Assembly: GCF_041886205.1 (NCBI RefSeq)
Contig: NZ_CP169029.1
DNA from: Escherichia coli
GTDB taxonomy: Bacteria > Pseudomonadota > Gammaproteobacteria > Enterobacterales > Enterobacteriaceae
Reading direction: 5' to 3' (one strand)
Length of the DNA stretch: 64,000 nucleotides
Shown here in pieces: positions 25,157-36,530 of this stretch (position 1 is its first letter; every line of letters begins with the position of its first letter). The position numbers were made by a program, and so were the translations under genes. Below the pieces are notes generated by a model that did no database searches, was not told the origin of the DNA, and saw nothing but the letters and a program-made list of their open reading frames with translations.

Positions 25157-26811
25157 TCCGCGCGACCGCGCGCCAGCCACAGCACGCGTGAGAACATTTT
25201 TTTCAGCAGCGTCGGTACGGAGTCCACACCACGACGTCCTGCCTCCATTGCCACTTCAATGGCAAGATCGGGTTTGGAAGAGCGATGGATCGCTTTCGAG
25301 ATAATTTTGCGTAGATTCATCGGTACATTTTCCGGGATTTGCGCCACGCGGTGGAACACATCGGAAAATCCCTGGCGATACATAAAATGTTCCATATCCA
25401 GCGCCGGTAACGCCGTTAAATGTTCTCGTTCGGCTTCCCGATCGTTATTCAACAGGCTGCGTACCGTAGCGGCATATTTCTTCCCTGCTTCATCGCCATC
25501 GACCAGTACATGCCATTCAATCCCGATTCGGCGGGCAAATTTAACCAGTGGCTTTAGCCCGGACTGGGCAAACTCAATGACCTTGATCCCTTCGGCATCA
25601 AAATGATGTCCGCACTGACGCGCCAGTTCATTGATAACCCAGGTTTCCGTTTCCCCTTCCACCAGCAACCAGCAGCGTGCAAACAGCGATGACGGACGGT
25701 TAAAACGAATGTGAAAGGATATGCGTCGGCTATCTTCGGTACTCAAGCCACTCGGCCCCAGACGCCAGGCGGCAACGCGCGAGGACTCACGTACCAGTCG
25801 GCAAACATGCTCTACCGGCGTTAACGAAAGCAACTCACCCGAGTTGGTGGTGGCAATGCGCTGCAATGGCAGAAGATTCAACAGATGCCAGGCAACTGAA
25901 AGCATAATGGGGTGTAAACGGGTTTCTGGATCTTCGATCAGCAACAATGGACGGGCGTCTTTATCCAGTCGCAATGTGCCTTTTGCCTGCAACAAAGTAG
26001 CAAACAGGCCGAGCAAAATAACCCGATACGAGCGCCCACCAGGTCGGTCAATCATCCGGTTGATGATATCCAGATAGCGCCAGCTTCGTTGCTCATTGCT
26101 GGCTCGCCGCCGCATTAAACGATATCGCGCCTGTCCGGCCCCCTGCTCAGAGAAATAATGCTCAAGCAGCTGTACCATTGCGGAAAGTCCCTGACGAATC
26201 TGCCCATCAGAGAGATTTTGCGGATGTGAGGATAACTCACGGGCGAGGAAATCGAGCTGGCGCGCGGTGACTTCCACATTAGGGACATTTGGCACCGTGC
26301 CGTTACGAATACGGCGCATAAAACGGGCATCACGCAAGCGCAGCACCGGCATTAAACGCACCAGATGGCGTGCCTGATCGTTAATATCCTCGACATCAAT
26401 CGGATGTCCGTCTTTATCGAGAAAACTGCGCAGTGTCATCACGCTGCCGTCTTCCGCACTCTCCCCTTCCAGACGATAAAAAATACGGTGATAGCCATCG
26501 GTGCATGGCGTCCAGCACGCTTCCAGCGGCCGATAACGGCGAACCCGATGTCGGCCTGGCAGCGATTCGCGGAAGGTCAAAATAATATGCAGATGATGTT
26601 CTCGCCCGTTGATATCTCCCGGCGGGAACCAGAAATCGTCGCGCTCAAAATGGTAGAGATCTGATTCTGGCGATAGCAGCAGGGTTAAGGCGTCCAGCAA
26701 GCTGGATTTACCCCACGCGTTCTCCCCAATCAGGACGTTGTTTTGTTCCAGCATCAACGACAAACGGTTGATACCGCGAAAACCCACAATTTCAACGCGC
26801 TCAAGAATCAT
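25153..26811 (-). CDS. ybjD: OLD-family ATP-dependent nuclease (N-terminal ABC-like ATPase plus C-terminal Toprim)
   Basis: 552 aa. Walker A GENAWGKSS lies near the N-terminus. A C-terminal Toprim signature is present (LLVEGETE ... VLVDGDEAG). Its stop overlaps the ybjX stop within TTAA. Confidence 0.9.
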   Translation of the reverse strand: MILERVEIVGFRGINRLSLMLEQNNVLIGENAWGKSSLLDALTLLLSPESDLYHFERDDFWFPPGDINGREHHLHIILTFRESLPGRHRVRRYRPLEACWTPCTDGYHRIFYRLEGESAEDGSVMTLRSFLDKDGHPIDVEDINDQARHLVRLMPVLRLRDARFMRRIRNGTVPNVPNVEVTARQLDFLARELSSHPQNLSDGQIRQGLSAMVQLLEHYFSEQGAGQARYRLMRRRASNEQRSWRYLDIINRMIDRPGGRSYRVILLGLFATLLQAKGTLRLDKDARPLLLIEDPETRLHPIMLSVAWHLLNLLPLQRIATTNSGELLSLTPVEHVCRLVRESSRVAAWRLGPSGLSTEDSRRISFHIRFNRPSSLFARCWLLVEGETETWVINELARQCGHHFDAEGIKVIEFAQSGLKPLVKFARRIGIEWHVLVDGDEAGKKYAATVRSLLNNDREAEREHLTALPALDMEHFMYRQGFSDVFHRVAQIPENVPMNLRKIISKAIHRSSKPDLAIEVAMEAGRRGVDSVPTLLKKMFSRVLWLARGRAD

Positions 26812-27236
26812 ATCCCCTCCAGAAATATGTGACTTATCCTTTACGCTGGCAGTATAACGGGAAAGGCCTTGCTAATACGTGATGACATCACATTTAAGCA
26901 TGGCAAATGTCTGAAAAATGAGCGAATAATCGCGTTATACTCCCTCTTGCTGATAAGTCTGCAAAAACAACAAAATCAAATAATTAGCATGATAAATTAT
27001 TTTTTATTACGCCTAAAGGATTAAATCTTTTGCGTGCACTACACTGTCAATCAGACAAATGACTATATGGGGCAACCCGCTGTTGCCCTAAATCAAATTT
27101 ACTGGATTTATTTATCTGGTGAATGACTCGCCTTCGTTTTTAAAATAGCCGCGCATTATTTCCGTCGTCACTTTTTTACGACGACCCTATAAAACGACCA
27201 TATTTTTCACAGGGTCAATTTTTAATTGAGGTGGAT

Positions 27237-27932
27237 ATGTTCAGAAAATTAGCAGCTGAATGTTTTGGTACTTTCTGGCTTGTTTTTGGTGGCTGTGGTA
27301 GTGCTGTACTGGCCGCAGGCTTCCCGGAATTAGGCATTGGTTTTGCCGGCGTGGCGTTGGCGTTCGGTCTGACCGTTCTGACGATGGCCTTTGCTGTTGG
27401 TCATATTTCTGGTGGTCATTTTAACCCGGCGGTCACTATTGGTTTATGGGCTGGCGGACGTTTTCCGGCAAAAGAAGTCGTTGGCTACGTAATTGCCCAG
27501 GTTGTCGGCGGTATTGTTGCAGCGGCGCTGCTGTATTTAATTGCCAGTGGTAAAACGGGTTTTGACGCGGCAGCCAGCGGTTTTGCTTCTAACGGTTATG
27601 GCGAGCATTCACCAGGCGGTTATTCCATGCTTTCCGCGCTGGTAGTTGAACTGGTATTGAGTGCAGGTTTCCTGTTGGTGATCCACGGCGCAACCGACAA
27701 ATTCGCGCCGGCAGGTTTTGCGCCGATCGCTATTGGTCTGGCCTTAACCCTGATTCACTTAATTAGTATTCCGGTGACTAACACTTCTGTTAACCCGGCG
27801 CGCAGCACCGCGGTTGCTATCTTCCAGGGCGGCTGGGCATTAGAACAACTGTGGTTCTTCTGGGTGGTGCCAATTGTCGGCGGCATTATCGGTGGTCTGA
27901 TTTACCGGACCCTGCTGGAAAAGCGTGATTAA
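27237..27932 (+). CDS. aqpZ: Aquaporin Z
   Basis: The known start [21 protein letters not shown] is at the ATG at 27237 (231 aa). Two NPA motifs are present (HFNPAV, SVNPAR). Confidence 0.96.
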   Translation: MFRKLAAECFGTFWLVFGGCGSAVLAAGFPELGIGFAGVALAFGLTVLTMAFAVGHISGGHFNPAVTIGLWAGGRFPAKEVVGYVIAQVVGGIVAAALLYLIASGKTGFDAAASGFASNGYGEHSPGGYSMLSALVVELVLSAGFLLVIHGATDKFAPAGFAPIAIGLALTLIHLISIPVTNTSVNPARSTAVAIFQGGWALEQLWFFWVVPIVGGIIGGLIYRTLLEKRD

Positions 27933-27941
27933 TTAACGCAG

Positions 27942-27971
27942 AAGGCCTGGCGTAATGTCAGGCCTTTTTTT
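27942..27971 (+). terminator. Rho-independent terminator after aqpZ
   Basis: aaggcctg-gcgtaatgt-caggcctt hairpin followed by tttttttaag. Confidence 0.85.
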
Positions 27972-28039
27972 AAGATGTTGTTATATGTTGATTCATCATC
28001 TTGTTGCGCTCCTTTCATGAGCTAAGCCACATATTGCCA

Positions 28040-28262
28040 CTGGCGCAAGGAGCGCGCAGGGGGCGGCCAATCGCCGCCGCCCCCTGCACCCCCGGGCTCT
28101 GGCGAACAAAATCGCCGCTGCGCGGTGCCCTCGACTTATCCCTTACGGCTACCGGGTCGGGCGCGAGGTAACATCCCTGTAAAACGCGCCCTCAGCCCAC
28201 ATCCATGTGGGCTGCCCCGGCCTTCAGGGAACGCCTCGGCGATTTTGACGCCACCAACATCG
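28040..28262. other. GC-rich (~70% by eye) highly structured non-coding element between aqpZ and lysO
   Basis: Perfect hairpins cagggggcgg/ccgccccctg (28057-28086) and cagcccacat/atgtgggctg (28193-28214). The pair ggcgcg/cgcgcc lies at 28160-28190. A long-range inverted repeat joins 28101-28117 with 28237-28252. No ORF of 60 aa or more occurs on either strand. It does not resemble REP or ERIC. Confidence 0.5.
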
Positions 28263-28426
28263 GTGCAGTTTGTAATTAAAGCGCAAGAATATCTTTAAAT
28301 GAAAACGAATACTCTACTGCTCCTTATGCATAACATTTCCTTTTAATTGCAACTTTACTCGTCCTTCCGCTTTCAGTAGTGTGTCATCGCGCATTTCGAC
28401 TTCATCTTTGCAAGGACTGGGTTTTC

Positions 28427-29326
28427 ATGTTTTCTGGGCTGTTAATCATTCTGGTTCCCCTGATTGTGGGTTACCTTATTCCGCTTCGCCAACAAGCTGC
28501 GTTAAAAGTTATTAATCAGCTATTAAGCTGGATGGTTTACCTTATTCTCTTTTTTATGGGTATCAGTCTGGCGTTTCTCGATAACCTCGCCAGTAACCTG
28601 TTGGCGATTCTGCATTATTCTGCCGTCAGTATTACCGTTATTTTACTGTGTAATATTGCCGCCCTGATGTGGCTCGAGCGAGGCCTGCCGTGGCGCAACC
28701 ACCATCAGCAAGAAAAACTCCCGTCGCGTATTGCGATGGCGCTGGAGTCGCTAAAACTGTGCGGCTTAGTAGTGATTGGTTTTGCCATTGGTCTGAGTGG
28801 ACTGGCTTTCTTACAACACGCGACCGAAGCCAGTGAATACACGTTAATTTTGCTACTTTTCCTCGTTGGTATTCAGTTGCGCAATAATGGCATGACCTTA
28901 AAGCAGATTGTCCTTAATCGCCGGGGAATGATTGTCGCCGTGGTGGTGGTTGTCAGTTCATTAATTGGTGGTTTAATTAACGCCTTTATTCTTGATCTCC
29001 CCATCAATACCGCGCTGGCAATGGCCTCCGGTTTCGGCTGGTATTCTCTTTCCGGTATTTTATTGACCGAATCTTTTGGTCCGGTAATCGGGAGCGCGGC
29101 GTTTTTTAATGATCTGGCCCGTGAACTGATTGCTATTATGTTGATCCCTGGGCTGATTCGCCGCAGCCGCTCTACTGCACTGGGCTTATGCGGTGCCACA
29201 TCAATGGATTTCACCCTGCCCGTTCTTCAACGTACTGGCGGGCTGGATATGGTCCCGGCGGCAATTGTTCACGGTTTTATTCTTAGCCTGTTAGTGCCGA
29301 TCCTCATCGCCTTTTTCTCTGCGTAA
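28427..29326 (+). CDS. lysO: Lysine exporter LysO (YbjE)
   Basis: The known start MFSGLLIILVPLIVGYLIPLRQQ is at 28427 (299 aa). The ORF-track start at 28379 is an extension. Polytopic membrane protein. Confidence 0.92.
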   Translation: MFSGLLIILVPLIVGYLIPLRQQAALKVINQLLSWMVYLILFFMGISLAFLDNLASNLLAILHYSAVSITVILLCNIAALMWLERGLPWRNHHQQEKLPSRIAMALESLKLCGLVVIGFAIGLSGLAFLQHATEASEYTLILLLFLVGIQLRNNGMTLKQIVLNRRGMIVAVVVVVSSLIGGLINAFILDLPINTALAMASGFGWYSLSGILLTESFGPVIGSAAFFNDLARELIAIMLIPGLIRRSRSTALGLCGATSMDFTLPVLQRTGGLDMVPAAIVHGFILSLLVPILIAFFSA

Positions 29327-29359
29327 TACCTCTCTGGCGGTAGATCCCTGCCGCCAAAA

Positions 29360-29373
29360 TTGCGCTAAATCAA
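29360..29373 (+). promoter_or_regulatory. FNR-type site upstream of hcp (TTGCGctaaATCAA)
   Basis: Matches TTGAT-N4-ATCAA at 8/10 positions with a perfect right half, ~100 bp upstream of the hcp ATG. hcp-hcr is anaerobically induced via FNR. Confidence 0.55.
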
Positions 29374-29432
29374 TCTCCCTTAAAGTTGCATGAAAAATCC
29401 CTTTTATCCCCGCGTTAAGCGTCTTAACCTTA

Positions 29433-29455
29433 AACATGTATATTAAATATAACTT
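29433..29455 (+). promoter_or_regulatory. NsrR-like operator (11-1-11 inverted repeat) in the hcp promoter
   Basis: aacatgtatat-t-aaatataactt compared with consensus AAGATGCATTT-N-AAATGCATCTT gives 8/11 in each half. hcp is a known NsrR target. Confidence 0.5.
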
Positions 29456-29469
29456 TAAAAGGTGTGATC

Positions 29470-31122
29470 ATGTTTTGTGTGCAATGTGAACAAACTATCC
29501 GTACTCCGGCAGGAAACGGCTGCTCATACGCGCAGGGGATGTGTGGTAAAACGGCGGAAACTTCTGACCTTCAGGATTTACTCATCGCGGCGCTGCAAGG
29601 GCTTTCTGCCTGGGCGGTAAAAGCGCGTGAATACGGCATCATCAACCACGATGTTGACAGCTTCGCGCCACGTGCCTTTTTCTCAACCCTGACCAACGTT
29701 AACTTCGATTCTCCGCGTATTGTCGGCTACGCTCGTGAAGCGATTGCCTTGCGCGAGGCGCTGAAAGCACAATGCCTGGCTGTAGATGCCAACGCGCGCG
29801 TCGATAACCCGATGGCTGACCTGCAACTGGTGAGCGATGATCTCGGCGAGCTGCAACGTCAGGCAGCAGAATTTACCCCTAACAAAGATAAAGCGGCGAT
29901 TGGCGAAAACATTCTCGGCCTGCGTCTGCTGTGCCTGTATGGCCTGAAAGGTGCGGCGGCCTATATGGAACACGCGCATGTTCTCGGTCAATACGACAAC
30001 GATATTTATGCCCAGTACCATAAAATCATGGCGTGGCTGGGGACCTGGCCTGCCGATATGAACGCGCTTCTTGAGTGTTCAATGGAAATCGGCCAGATGA
30101 ACTTCAAAGTGATGAGCATTCTGGATGCAGGCGAAACCGGTAAATACGGTCACCCGACGCCAACCCAGGTCAACGTCAAAGCGACGGCGGGTAAATGCAT
30201 TCTGATTTCCGGTCACGATCTCAAAGATCTCTACAACCTGCTGGAACAGACCGAAGGCACAGGCGTTAATGTCTACACCCACGGCGAAATGCTGCCTGCG
30301 CATGGCTACCCGGAGCTGCGTAAATTCAAGCATCTGGTCGGTAACTACGGCAGCGGCTGGCAGAATCAGCAAGTAGAGTTCGCTCGTTTCCCTGGCCCCA
30401 TCGTGATGACCTCGAACTGCATCATCGACCCAACCGTAGGCGCTTATGACGATCGTATCTGGACCCGCAGCATCGTTGGCTGGCCTGGCGTGCGTCATCT
30501 GGATGGCGAAGATTTCTCTGCGGTCATCGCCCAGGCGCAACAAATGGCGGGCTTCCCGTACAGCGAAATTCCTCACCTGATCACCGTGGGCTTTGGTCGC
30601 CAGACGCTGCTTGGTGCAGCCGATACGCTGATTGATCTGGTTAGCCGTGAAAAACTGCGTCATATCTTCCTGCTTGGTGGCTGTGACGGCGCACGCGGCG
30701 AGCGCCACTACTTCACCGATTTCGCCACCAGCGTGCCGGATGACTGCCTGATCCTGACCCTCGCCTGTGGTAAATATCGCTTTAACAAACTTGAGTTTGG
30801 CGATATCGAAGGTCTGCCGCGTCTGGTAGATGCAGGTCAATGTAACGATGCTTACTCAGCAATTATTCTGGCTGTCACTCTGGCAGAGAAACTGGGCTGT
30901 GGTGTGAACGATCTGCCGCTGTCGCTGGTGCTCTCCTGGTTTGAACAGAAAGCGATTGTCATTCTGCTGACGCTGCTTTCTCTGGGCGTGAAAAATATCG
31001 TCACCGGCCCGACTGCACCTGGTTTCCTGACACCAGACCTGCTGGCGGTGCTGAACGAGAAATTCGGCCTGCGTTCTATCACCACTGTTGAAGAAGACAT
31101 GAAGCAACTGTTGAGCGCGTAA
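29470..31122 (+). CDS. hcp: Hybrid-cluster protein (NO/hydroxylamine reductase)
   Basis: The known start [20 protein letters not shown] (N-terminal Cys cluster) is at 29470, giving 550 aa. Confidence 0.96.
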   Translation: MFCVQCEQTIRTPAGNGCSYAQGMCGKTAETSDLQDLLIAALQGLSAWAVKAREYGIINHDVDSFAPRAFFSTLTNVNFDSPRIVGYAREAIALREALKAQCLAVDANARVDNPMADLQLVSDDLGELQRQAAEFTPNKDKAAIGENILGLRLLCLYGLKGAAAYMEHAHVLGQYDNDIYAQYHKIMAWLGTWPADMNALLECSMEIGQMNFKVMSILDAGETGKYGHPTPTQVNVKATAGKCILISGHDLKDLYNLLEQTEGTGVNVYTHGEMLPAHGYPELRKFKHLVGNYGSGWQNQQVEFARFPGPIVMTSNCIIDPTVGAYDDRIWTRSIVGWPGVRHLDGEDFSAVIAQAQQMAGFPYSEIPHLITVGFGRQTLLGAADTLIDLVSREKLRHIFLLGGCDGARGERHYFTDFATSVPDDCLILTLACGKYRFNKLEFGDIEGLPRLVDAGQCNDAYSAIILAVTLAEKLGCGVNDLPLSLVLSWFEQKAIVILLTLLSLGVKNIVTGPTAPGFLTPDLLAVLNEKFGLRSITTVEEDMKQLLSA

Positions 31123-31133
31123 GGAGTTTGTCG

Positions 31134-32102
31134 ATGACGATGCCAACGAATCAATGCCCGTGGCGGATGCAGGTTCATCACATTACGCAAGAAACGCCGG
31201 ATGTGTGGACGATTTCCCTGATTTGCCACGATCACTACCCATATCGCGCCGGGCAATATGCACTGGTCAGCGTGCGAAACTCAGCGGAAACGCTGCGTGC
31301 TTACACCATTTCCTCCACGCCAGGCGTGAGTGAATATATCACCCTGACCGTGCGGCGGATTGATGACGGTGTCGGCTCCCAGTGGCTGACGCGCGATGTA
31401 AAACGCGGTGATTATCTCTGGCTTTCGGACGCGATGGGGGAATTTACCTGCGACGATAAAGCAGAAGATAAATTCCTGTTGCTGGCGGCAGGCTGCGGCG
31501 TCACGCCGATTATGTCGATGCGTCGCTGGCTTGCGAAGAACCGTCCACAGGCCGATGTGCGGGTGATCTACAACGTGCGTACGCCGCAGGATGTTATTTT
31601 CGCCGATGAGTGGCGTAACTATCCGGTAACGCTGGTGGCAGAAAATAACGTTACCGAAGGCTTTATCGCTGGTCGTCTCACTCGCGAACTGCTGGCAGGT
31701 GTACCTGACTTAGCTTCACGTACCGTGATGACCTGCGGCCCGGCTCCGTATATGGATTGGGTAGAGCAGGAAGTGAAAGCGCTCGGCGTGACGCGTTTCT
31801 TTAAAGAGAAATTCTTCACCCCAGTAGCAGAAGCGGCGACCAGCGGTCTGAAATTCACCAAACTGCAACCGGCACGAGAATTTTACGCCCCGGTTGGCAC
31901 CACGCTACTGGAGGCGCTGGAAAGCAATAACGTTCCGGTTGTCGCTGCCTGCCGTGCGGGTGTTTGCGGCTGCTGTAAGACAAAAGTGGTTTCCGGTGAA
32001 TATACGGTGAGCAGCACAATGACGCTGACCGACGCCGAAATCGCTGAAGGTTACGTACTGGCCTGCTCCTGCCATCCGCAGGGGGATTTGGTTCTCGCAT
32101 AA
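31134..32102 (+). CDS. hcr: NADH oxidoreductase for Hcp (FNR-like FAD/NAD module plus 2Fe-2S ferredoxin domain)
   Basis: The known start MTMPTNQCPWRMQVHHITQETPDVW is at 31134 (322 aa). The C-terminus has CRAGVCGCCKTKV. Confidence 0.95.
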   Translation: MTMPTNQCPWRMQVHHITQETPDVWTISLICHDHYPYRAGQYALVSVRNSAETLRAYTISSTPGVSEYITLTVRRIDDGVGSQWLTRDVKRGDYLWLSDAMGEFTCDDKAEDKFLLLAAGCGVTPIMSMRRWLAKNRPQADVRVIYNVRTPQDVIFADEWRNYPVTLVAENNVTEGFIAGRLTRELLAGVPDLASRTVMTCGPAPYMDWVEQEVKALGVTRFFKEKFFTPVAEAATSGLKFTKLQPAREFYAPVGTTLLEALESNNVPVVAACRAGVCGCCKTKVVSGEYTVSSTMTLTDAEIAEGYVLACSCHPQGDLVLA

Positions 32103-32111
32103 TCGCCTTAT

Positions 32112-32143
32112 GCCCGATGATATTCCTTTCATCGGGCTATTTA
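32112..32143 (+). terminator. Probable terminator after hcr
   Basis: gcccgatga-tattcctt-tcatcgggc hairpin followed by tattt (weak T-tract). Confidence 0.55.
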
Positions 32144-32234
32144 ACCGTTAGTGCCTCCTTTCTCTCCCATCCCTTCCCCTTCCGTCAGATGAACTAAACT
32201 TGTTACCGTTATCACATTCAGGAGATGGAGAACC

Positions 32235-33953
32235 ATGAAACAAACGGTTGCAGCTTATATCGCCAAAACACTCGAATCGGCAGGCGTGAAACGCATCTGG
32301 GGAGTCACAGGCGACTCTCTGAACGGTCTTAGTGACAGTCTTAATCGCATGGGCACCATCGAGTGGATGTCCACCCGCCATGAAGAAGTGGCGGCGTTTG
32401 CCGCTGGCGCTGAAGCACAACTTTCAGGAGAACTGGCGGTCTGTGCCGGATCGTGCGGCCCCGGCAACCTGCACTTAATCAACGGCCTATTCGATTGCCA
32501 CCGCAATAACGTTCCGGTAATGGCGATTGCCGCTCATATTCCCTCCAGCGAAATTGGCAGCGGCTATTTCCAGGAAACCCACCCACAAGAGCTATTCCGC
32601 GAATGTAGTCACTATTGCGAGCTGGTTTCCAGCCCGGAGCAGATCCCACAAGTGCTGGCAATTGCTATGCGCAAAGCAGTGCTTAACCGTGGCGTTTCCG
32701 TTGTTGTGTTACCGGGTGACGTGGCGTTAAAACCTGCGCCAGAAGGAGCAACTACCCACTGGTATCATGCGCCACAGCCAGTTGTGACGCCGGAAGAAGA
32801 AGAGTTACGCAAACTGGCGCAACTGCTGCGTTATTCCAGCAATATCGCCCTGATGTGTGGCAGCGGCTGCGCGGGGGCGCATAAAGAGTTAGTTGAGTTT
32901 GCCGGGAAAATTAAAGCACCTATTGTTCATGCCCTGCGCGGTAAAGAACATGTCGAATACGATAATCCGTATGATGTTGGAATGACCGGGTTAATCGGCT
33001 TCTCGTCAGGTTTTCACACTATGATGAATGCCGATACGTTAGTGCTGCTCGGCACGCAATTTCCCTACCGCGCCTTCTACCCGACCGATGCCAAAATCAT
33101 TCAGATTGATATCAACCCAGCCAGCATCGGCGCTCACAGCAAGGTGGATATGGCACTGGTCGGCGATATCAAGTCGACTCTGCGTGCATTGCTTCCATTG
33201 GTGGAAGAAAAAGCCGATCGCAAGTTTCTGGATAAAGCGCTGGAAGATTACCGCGACGCCCGCAAAGGGCTGGACGATTTAGCTAAACCGAGCGAGAAAG
33301 CCATTCACCCGCAATATCTGGCGCAGCAAATTAGTCATTTTGCCGCCGATGACGCTATTTTCACCTGTGACGTTGGTACGCCAACGGTGTGGGCGGCACG
33401 TTATCTAAAAATGAACGGCAAGCGTCGCCTGTTAGGTTCGTTTAACCACGGTTCGATGGCTAACGCCATGCCGCAGGCGCTGGGTGCGCAGGCGACAGAG
33501 CCAGAACGTCAGGTGGTCGCCATGTGCGGCGATGGCGGTTTTAGCATGTTGATGGGCGATTTCCTCTCAGTAGTGCAGATGAAACTGCCAGTGAAAATTG
33601 TCGTCTTTAACAACAGCGTGCTGGGCTTTGTGGCGATGGAGATGAAAGCTGGTGGCTATTTGACTGACGGCACCGAACTACACGACACAAACTTTGCCCG
33701 CATTGCCGAAGCGTGCGGCATTACGGGTATCCGTGTAGAAAAAGCGTCTGAAGTTGATGAAGCCCTGCAACGCGCCTTCTCCATCGACGGTCCGGTGCTG
33801 GTGGATGTGGTGGTCGCCAAAGAAGAGTTAGCCATTCCACCGCAGATCAAACTCGAACAGGCCAAAGGATTTAGCTTGTATATGTTGCGCGCAATCATCA
33901 GCGGACGCGGCGATGAAGTGATCGAACTGGCGAAAACGAACTGGCTAAGGTAA
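32235..33953 (+). CDS. poxB: Pyruvate:ubiquinone oxidoreductase (pyruvate oxidase)
   Basis: 572 aa starting [36 protein letters not shown], with a ThDP motif [12 protein letters not shown]...NN. Confidence 0.97.
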   Translation: MKQTVAAYIAKTLESAGVKRIWGVTGDSLNGLSDSLNRMGTIEWMSTRHEEVAAFAAGAEAQLSGELAVCAGSCGPGNLHLINGLFDCHRNNVPVMAIAAHIPSSEIGSGYFQETHPQELFRECSHYCELVSSPEQIPQVLAIAMRKAVLNRGVSVVVLPGDVALKPAPEGATTHWYHAPQPVVTPEEEELRKLAQLLRYSSNIALMCGSGCAGAHKELVEFAGKIKAPIVHALRGKEHVEYDNPYDVGMTGLIGFSSGFHTMMNADTLVLLGTQFPYRAFYPTDAKIIQIDINPASIGAHSKVDMALVGDIKSTLRALLPLVEEKADRKFLDKALEDYRDARKGLDDLAKPSEKAIHPQYLAQQISHFAADDAIFTCDVGTPTVWAARYLKMNGKRRLLGSFNHGSMANAMPQALGAQATEPERQVVAMCGDGGFSMLMGDFLSVVQMKLPVKIVVFNNSVLGFVAMEMKAGGYLTDGTELHDTNFARIAEACGITGIRVEKASEVDEALQRAFSIDGPVLVDVVVAKEELAIPPQIKLEQAKGFSLYMLRAIISGRGDEVIELAKTNWLR

Positions 33954-33989
33954 AAAGGGTGGCATTTCCCGTCATAATAAGGACATGCC

Positions 33990-34991
33990 ATGATTGATTT
34001 ACGCAGTGATACCGTTACCCGACCGAGCCGCGCCATGCTCGAAGCAATGATGGCCGCCCCGGTTGGGGACGACGTTTACGGAGACGACCCTACCGTTAAT
34101 GCTCTGCAGGACTACGCCGCAGAGCTTTCCGGTAAAGAAGCCGCCATTTTTCTGCCGACCGGCACTCAGGCCAACCTGGTCGCTCTGCTCAGTCACTGCG
34201 AACGTGGCGAAGAGTATATTGTCGGTCAGGCCGCGCATAACTATCTGTTTGAAGCCGGTGGCGCAGCGGTGCTGGGCAGTATTCAGCCGCAACCCATCGA
34301 CGCGGCTGCCGACGGCACGCTACCGCTGGATAAAGTGGCGATGAAAATCAAACCCGACGATATCCATTTCGCCCGCACCAAATTACTCAGTCTGGAAAAC
34401 ACCCACAACGGCAAAGTGCTGCCGCGTGAATACCTGAAAGAAGCATGGGAATTTACCCGCGAGCGCAATCTGGCGCTGCATGTTGACGGTGCGCGCATCT
34501 TTAATGCCGTGGTGGCTTACGGCTGCGAACTGAAAGAGATCACGCAATATTGTGATTCGTTCACCATTTGCCTGTCGAAAGGTCTTGGGACGCCAGTCGG
34601 TTCATTACTCGTCGGTAATCGTGATTACATTAAACGTGCCATCCGCTGGCGGAAAATGGCCGGTGGCGGGATGCGTCAGTCCGGGATTCTGGCTGCCGCC
34701 GGGATGTATGCCCTGAAAAATAACGTCGCACGGTTGCAGGAAGATCACGACAACGCCGCCTGGATGGCGGAGCAACTGCGTGAAGCAGGCGCGGATGTGA
34801 TGCGTCAGGACACTAATATGCTGTTTGTTCGCGTCGGGGAAGAAAATGCTGCCGCGTTAGGCGAATACATGAAAGCGAGAAACGTGCTGATTAACGCCTC
34901 GCCGATTGTCCGCCTGGTGACGCATCTTGACGTCTCGCGCGAACAACTGGCGGAAGTCGCCGCCCACTGGCGCGCATTCCTGGCGCGTTAA
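33990..34991 (+). CDS. ltaE: Low-specificity L-threonine aldolase
   Basis: 333 aa starting [37 protein letters not shown]; PLP fold-type I. Confidence 0.96.
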   Translation: MIDLRSDTVTRPSRAMLEAMMAAPVGDDVYGDDPTVNALQDYAAELSGKEAAIFLPTGTQANLVALLSHCERGEEYIVGQAAHNYLFEAGGAAVLGSIQPQPIDAAADGTLPLDKVAMKIKPDDIHFARTKLLSLENTHNGKVLPREYLKEAWEFTRERNLALHVDGARIFNAVVAYGCELKEITQYCDSFTICLSKGLGTPVGSLLVGNRDYIKRAIRWRKMAGGGMRQSGILAAAGMYALKNNVARLQEDHDNAAWMAEQLREAGADVMRQDTNMLFVRVGEENAAALGEYMKARNVLINASPIVRLVTHLDVSREQLAEVAAHWRAFLAR

Positions 34992-35001
34992 GGAGAGAGA
35001 C

Positions 35002-36432
35002 GTGCCGCAACGCATTTTAGTTCTCGGTGCCAGTGGCTACATTGGTCAGCATCTGGTGCGCACACTCAGCCAGCAAGGGCATCAGATCCTGGCGGCGGCA
35101 CGTCATGTCGACAGGCTTGCAAAGCTGCAACTGGCAAACGTCAGTTGCCATAAAGTCGATCTCAGCTGGCCGGATAACCTTCCGGCCCTGTTGCAGGATA
35201 TCGATACCGTCTATTTTCTGGTGCACAGCATGGGCGAAGGCGGCGATTTTATCGCTCAGGAGCGCCAGGTGGCTCTCAACGTCCGCGATGCGCTACGTGA
35301 AGTACCAGTTAAGCAATTAATCTTTCTCAGTTCGTTGCAGGCCCCGCCACATGAGCAGTCGGATCATCTGCGTGCTCGTCAGGCTACGGCGGACATTCTT
35401 CGTGAAGCGAATGTACCTGTGACCGAACTTCGGGCCGGAATTATCGTTGGCGCAGGTTCAGCGGCGTTCGAAGTCATGCGCGATATGGTCTACAACCTGC
35501 CAGTGTTAACGCCGCCACGCTGGGTACGTTCACGCACCACGCCCATCGCGCTGGAAAACTTGCTGCACTATCTGGTGGCGTTGTTAGATCATCCGGCCAG
35601 CGAACACCGCATCTTCGAAGCCGCCGGACCAGAGGTGCTCAGTTATCAGCAACAGTTTGAACATTTTATGGCGGTGAGCGGTAAGCGCCGCTGGTTGATC
35701 CCCATCCCCCTCCCCACCCGCTGGATTTCGGTATGGTTTCTCAATGTGATTACTTCCGTACCGCCCACCACCGCCAGGGCGTTGATTCAGGGGCTGAAAC
35801 ACGATCTGCTGGCGGATGATACCGCGCTACGTGCACTCATCCCACAACGGCTGATCGCTTTCGATGACGCGGTACGTAGCACGTTGAAAGAGGAGGAAAA
35901 ACTGGTCAACTCCAGCGACTGGGGCTACGACGCTCAGGCCTTTGCCCGCTGGCGACCGGAGTACGGTTATTTTGCCAAACAGGCGGGGTTTACCGTTAAA
36001 ACGTCCGCCAGCCTTGCTGCTTTATGGCAGGTAGTGAACCAAATCGGCGGTAAAGAGCGTTATTTCTTTGGCAATATTTTGTGGCAGACACGGGCGTTGA
36101 TGGACCGCGCGATCGGTCATAAGCTGGCGAAAGGCCGCCCGGAGCGCGAATATTTACAGACTGGCGATGCGGTAGATAGCTGGAAAGTGATTGTCGTTGA
36201 ACCGGAAAAACAACTTACGTTGTTATTTGGCATGAAAGCGCCGGGGCTGGGACGACTGTGTTTTAGCCTGGAAGATAAAGGCGACTATCGTACTATCGAT
36301 GTCCGCGCTTTCTGGCATCCGCACGGTATGCCGGGGCTGTTTTACTGGTTATTGATGATCCCCGCGCATCTGTTTATTTTTCGCGGAATGGCAAAACAAA
36401 TCGCCAGACTGGCAGAACAAAGCACAGATTAA
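35002..36432 (+). CDS. ybjT: NAD(P)-binding SDR-like protein fused to a C-terminal DUF2867 membrane-associated domain
   Basis: A GTG at 35002 is preceded by [13 protein letters not shown] gives the known [19 protein letters not shown]-terminus (476 aa). The ORF-track start at 34927 overlaps ltaE. Confidence 0.9.
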
Positions 36433-36530
36433 TCGACAAAACCTGCGTTATTCTTTCATGTTTCCCATTGCATCATGGGGGAAATCACGGAAGAATGCGC
36501 ACGTTATTTTCTCAACAACAGTGGATTGAT

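Noticed and set aside
25140-25175. Short hairpin tcgcgg-ttaat-ccgcga spanning the overlapping ybjX/ybjD stop codons
   Set aside because: A 6-bp stem with no U-tract in either direction. It is probably incidental to the TTAA stop overlap and is not reported as a terminator.
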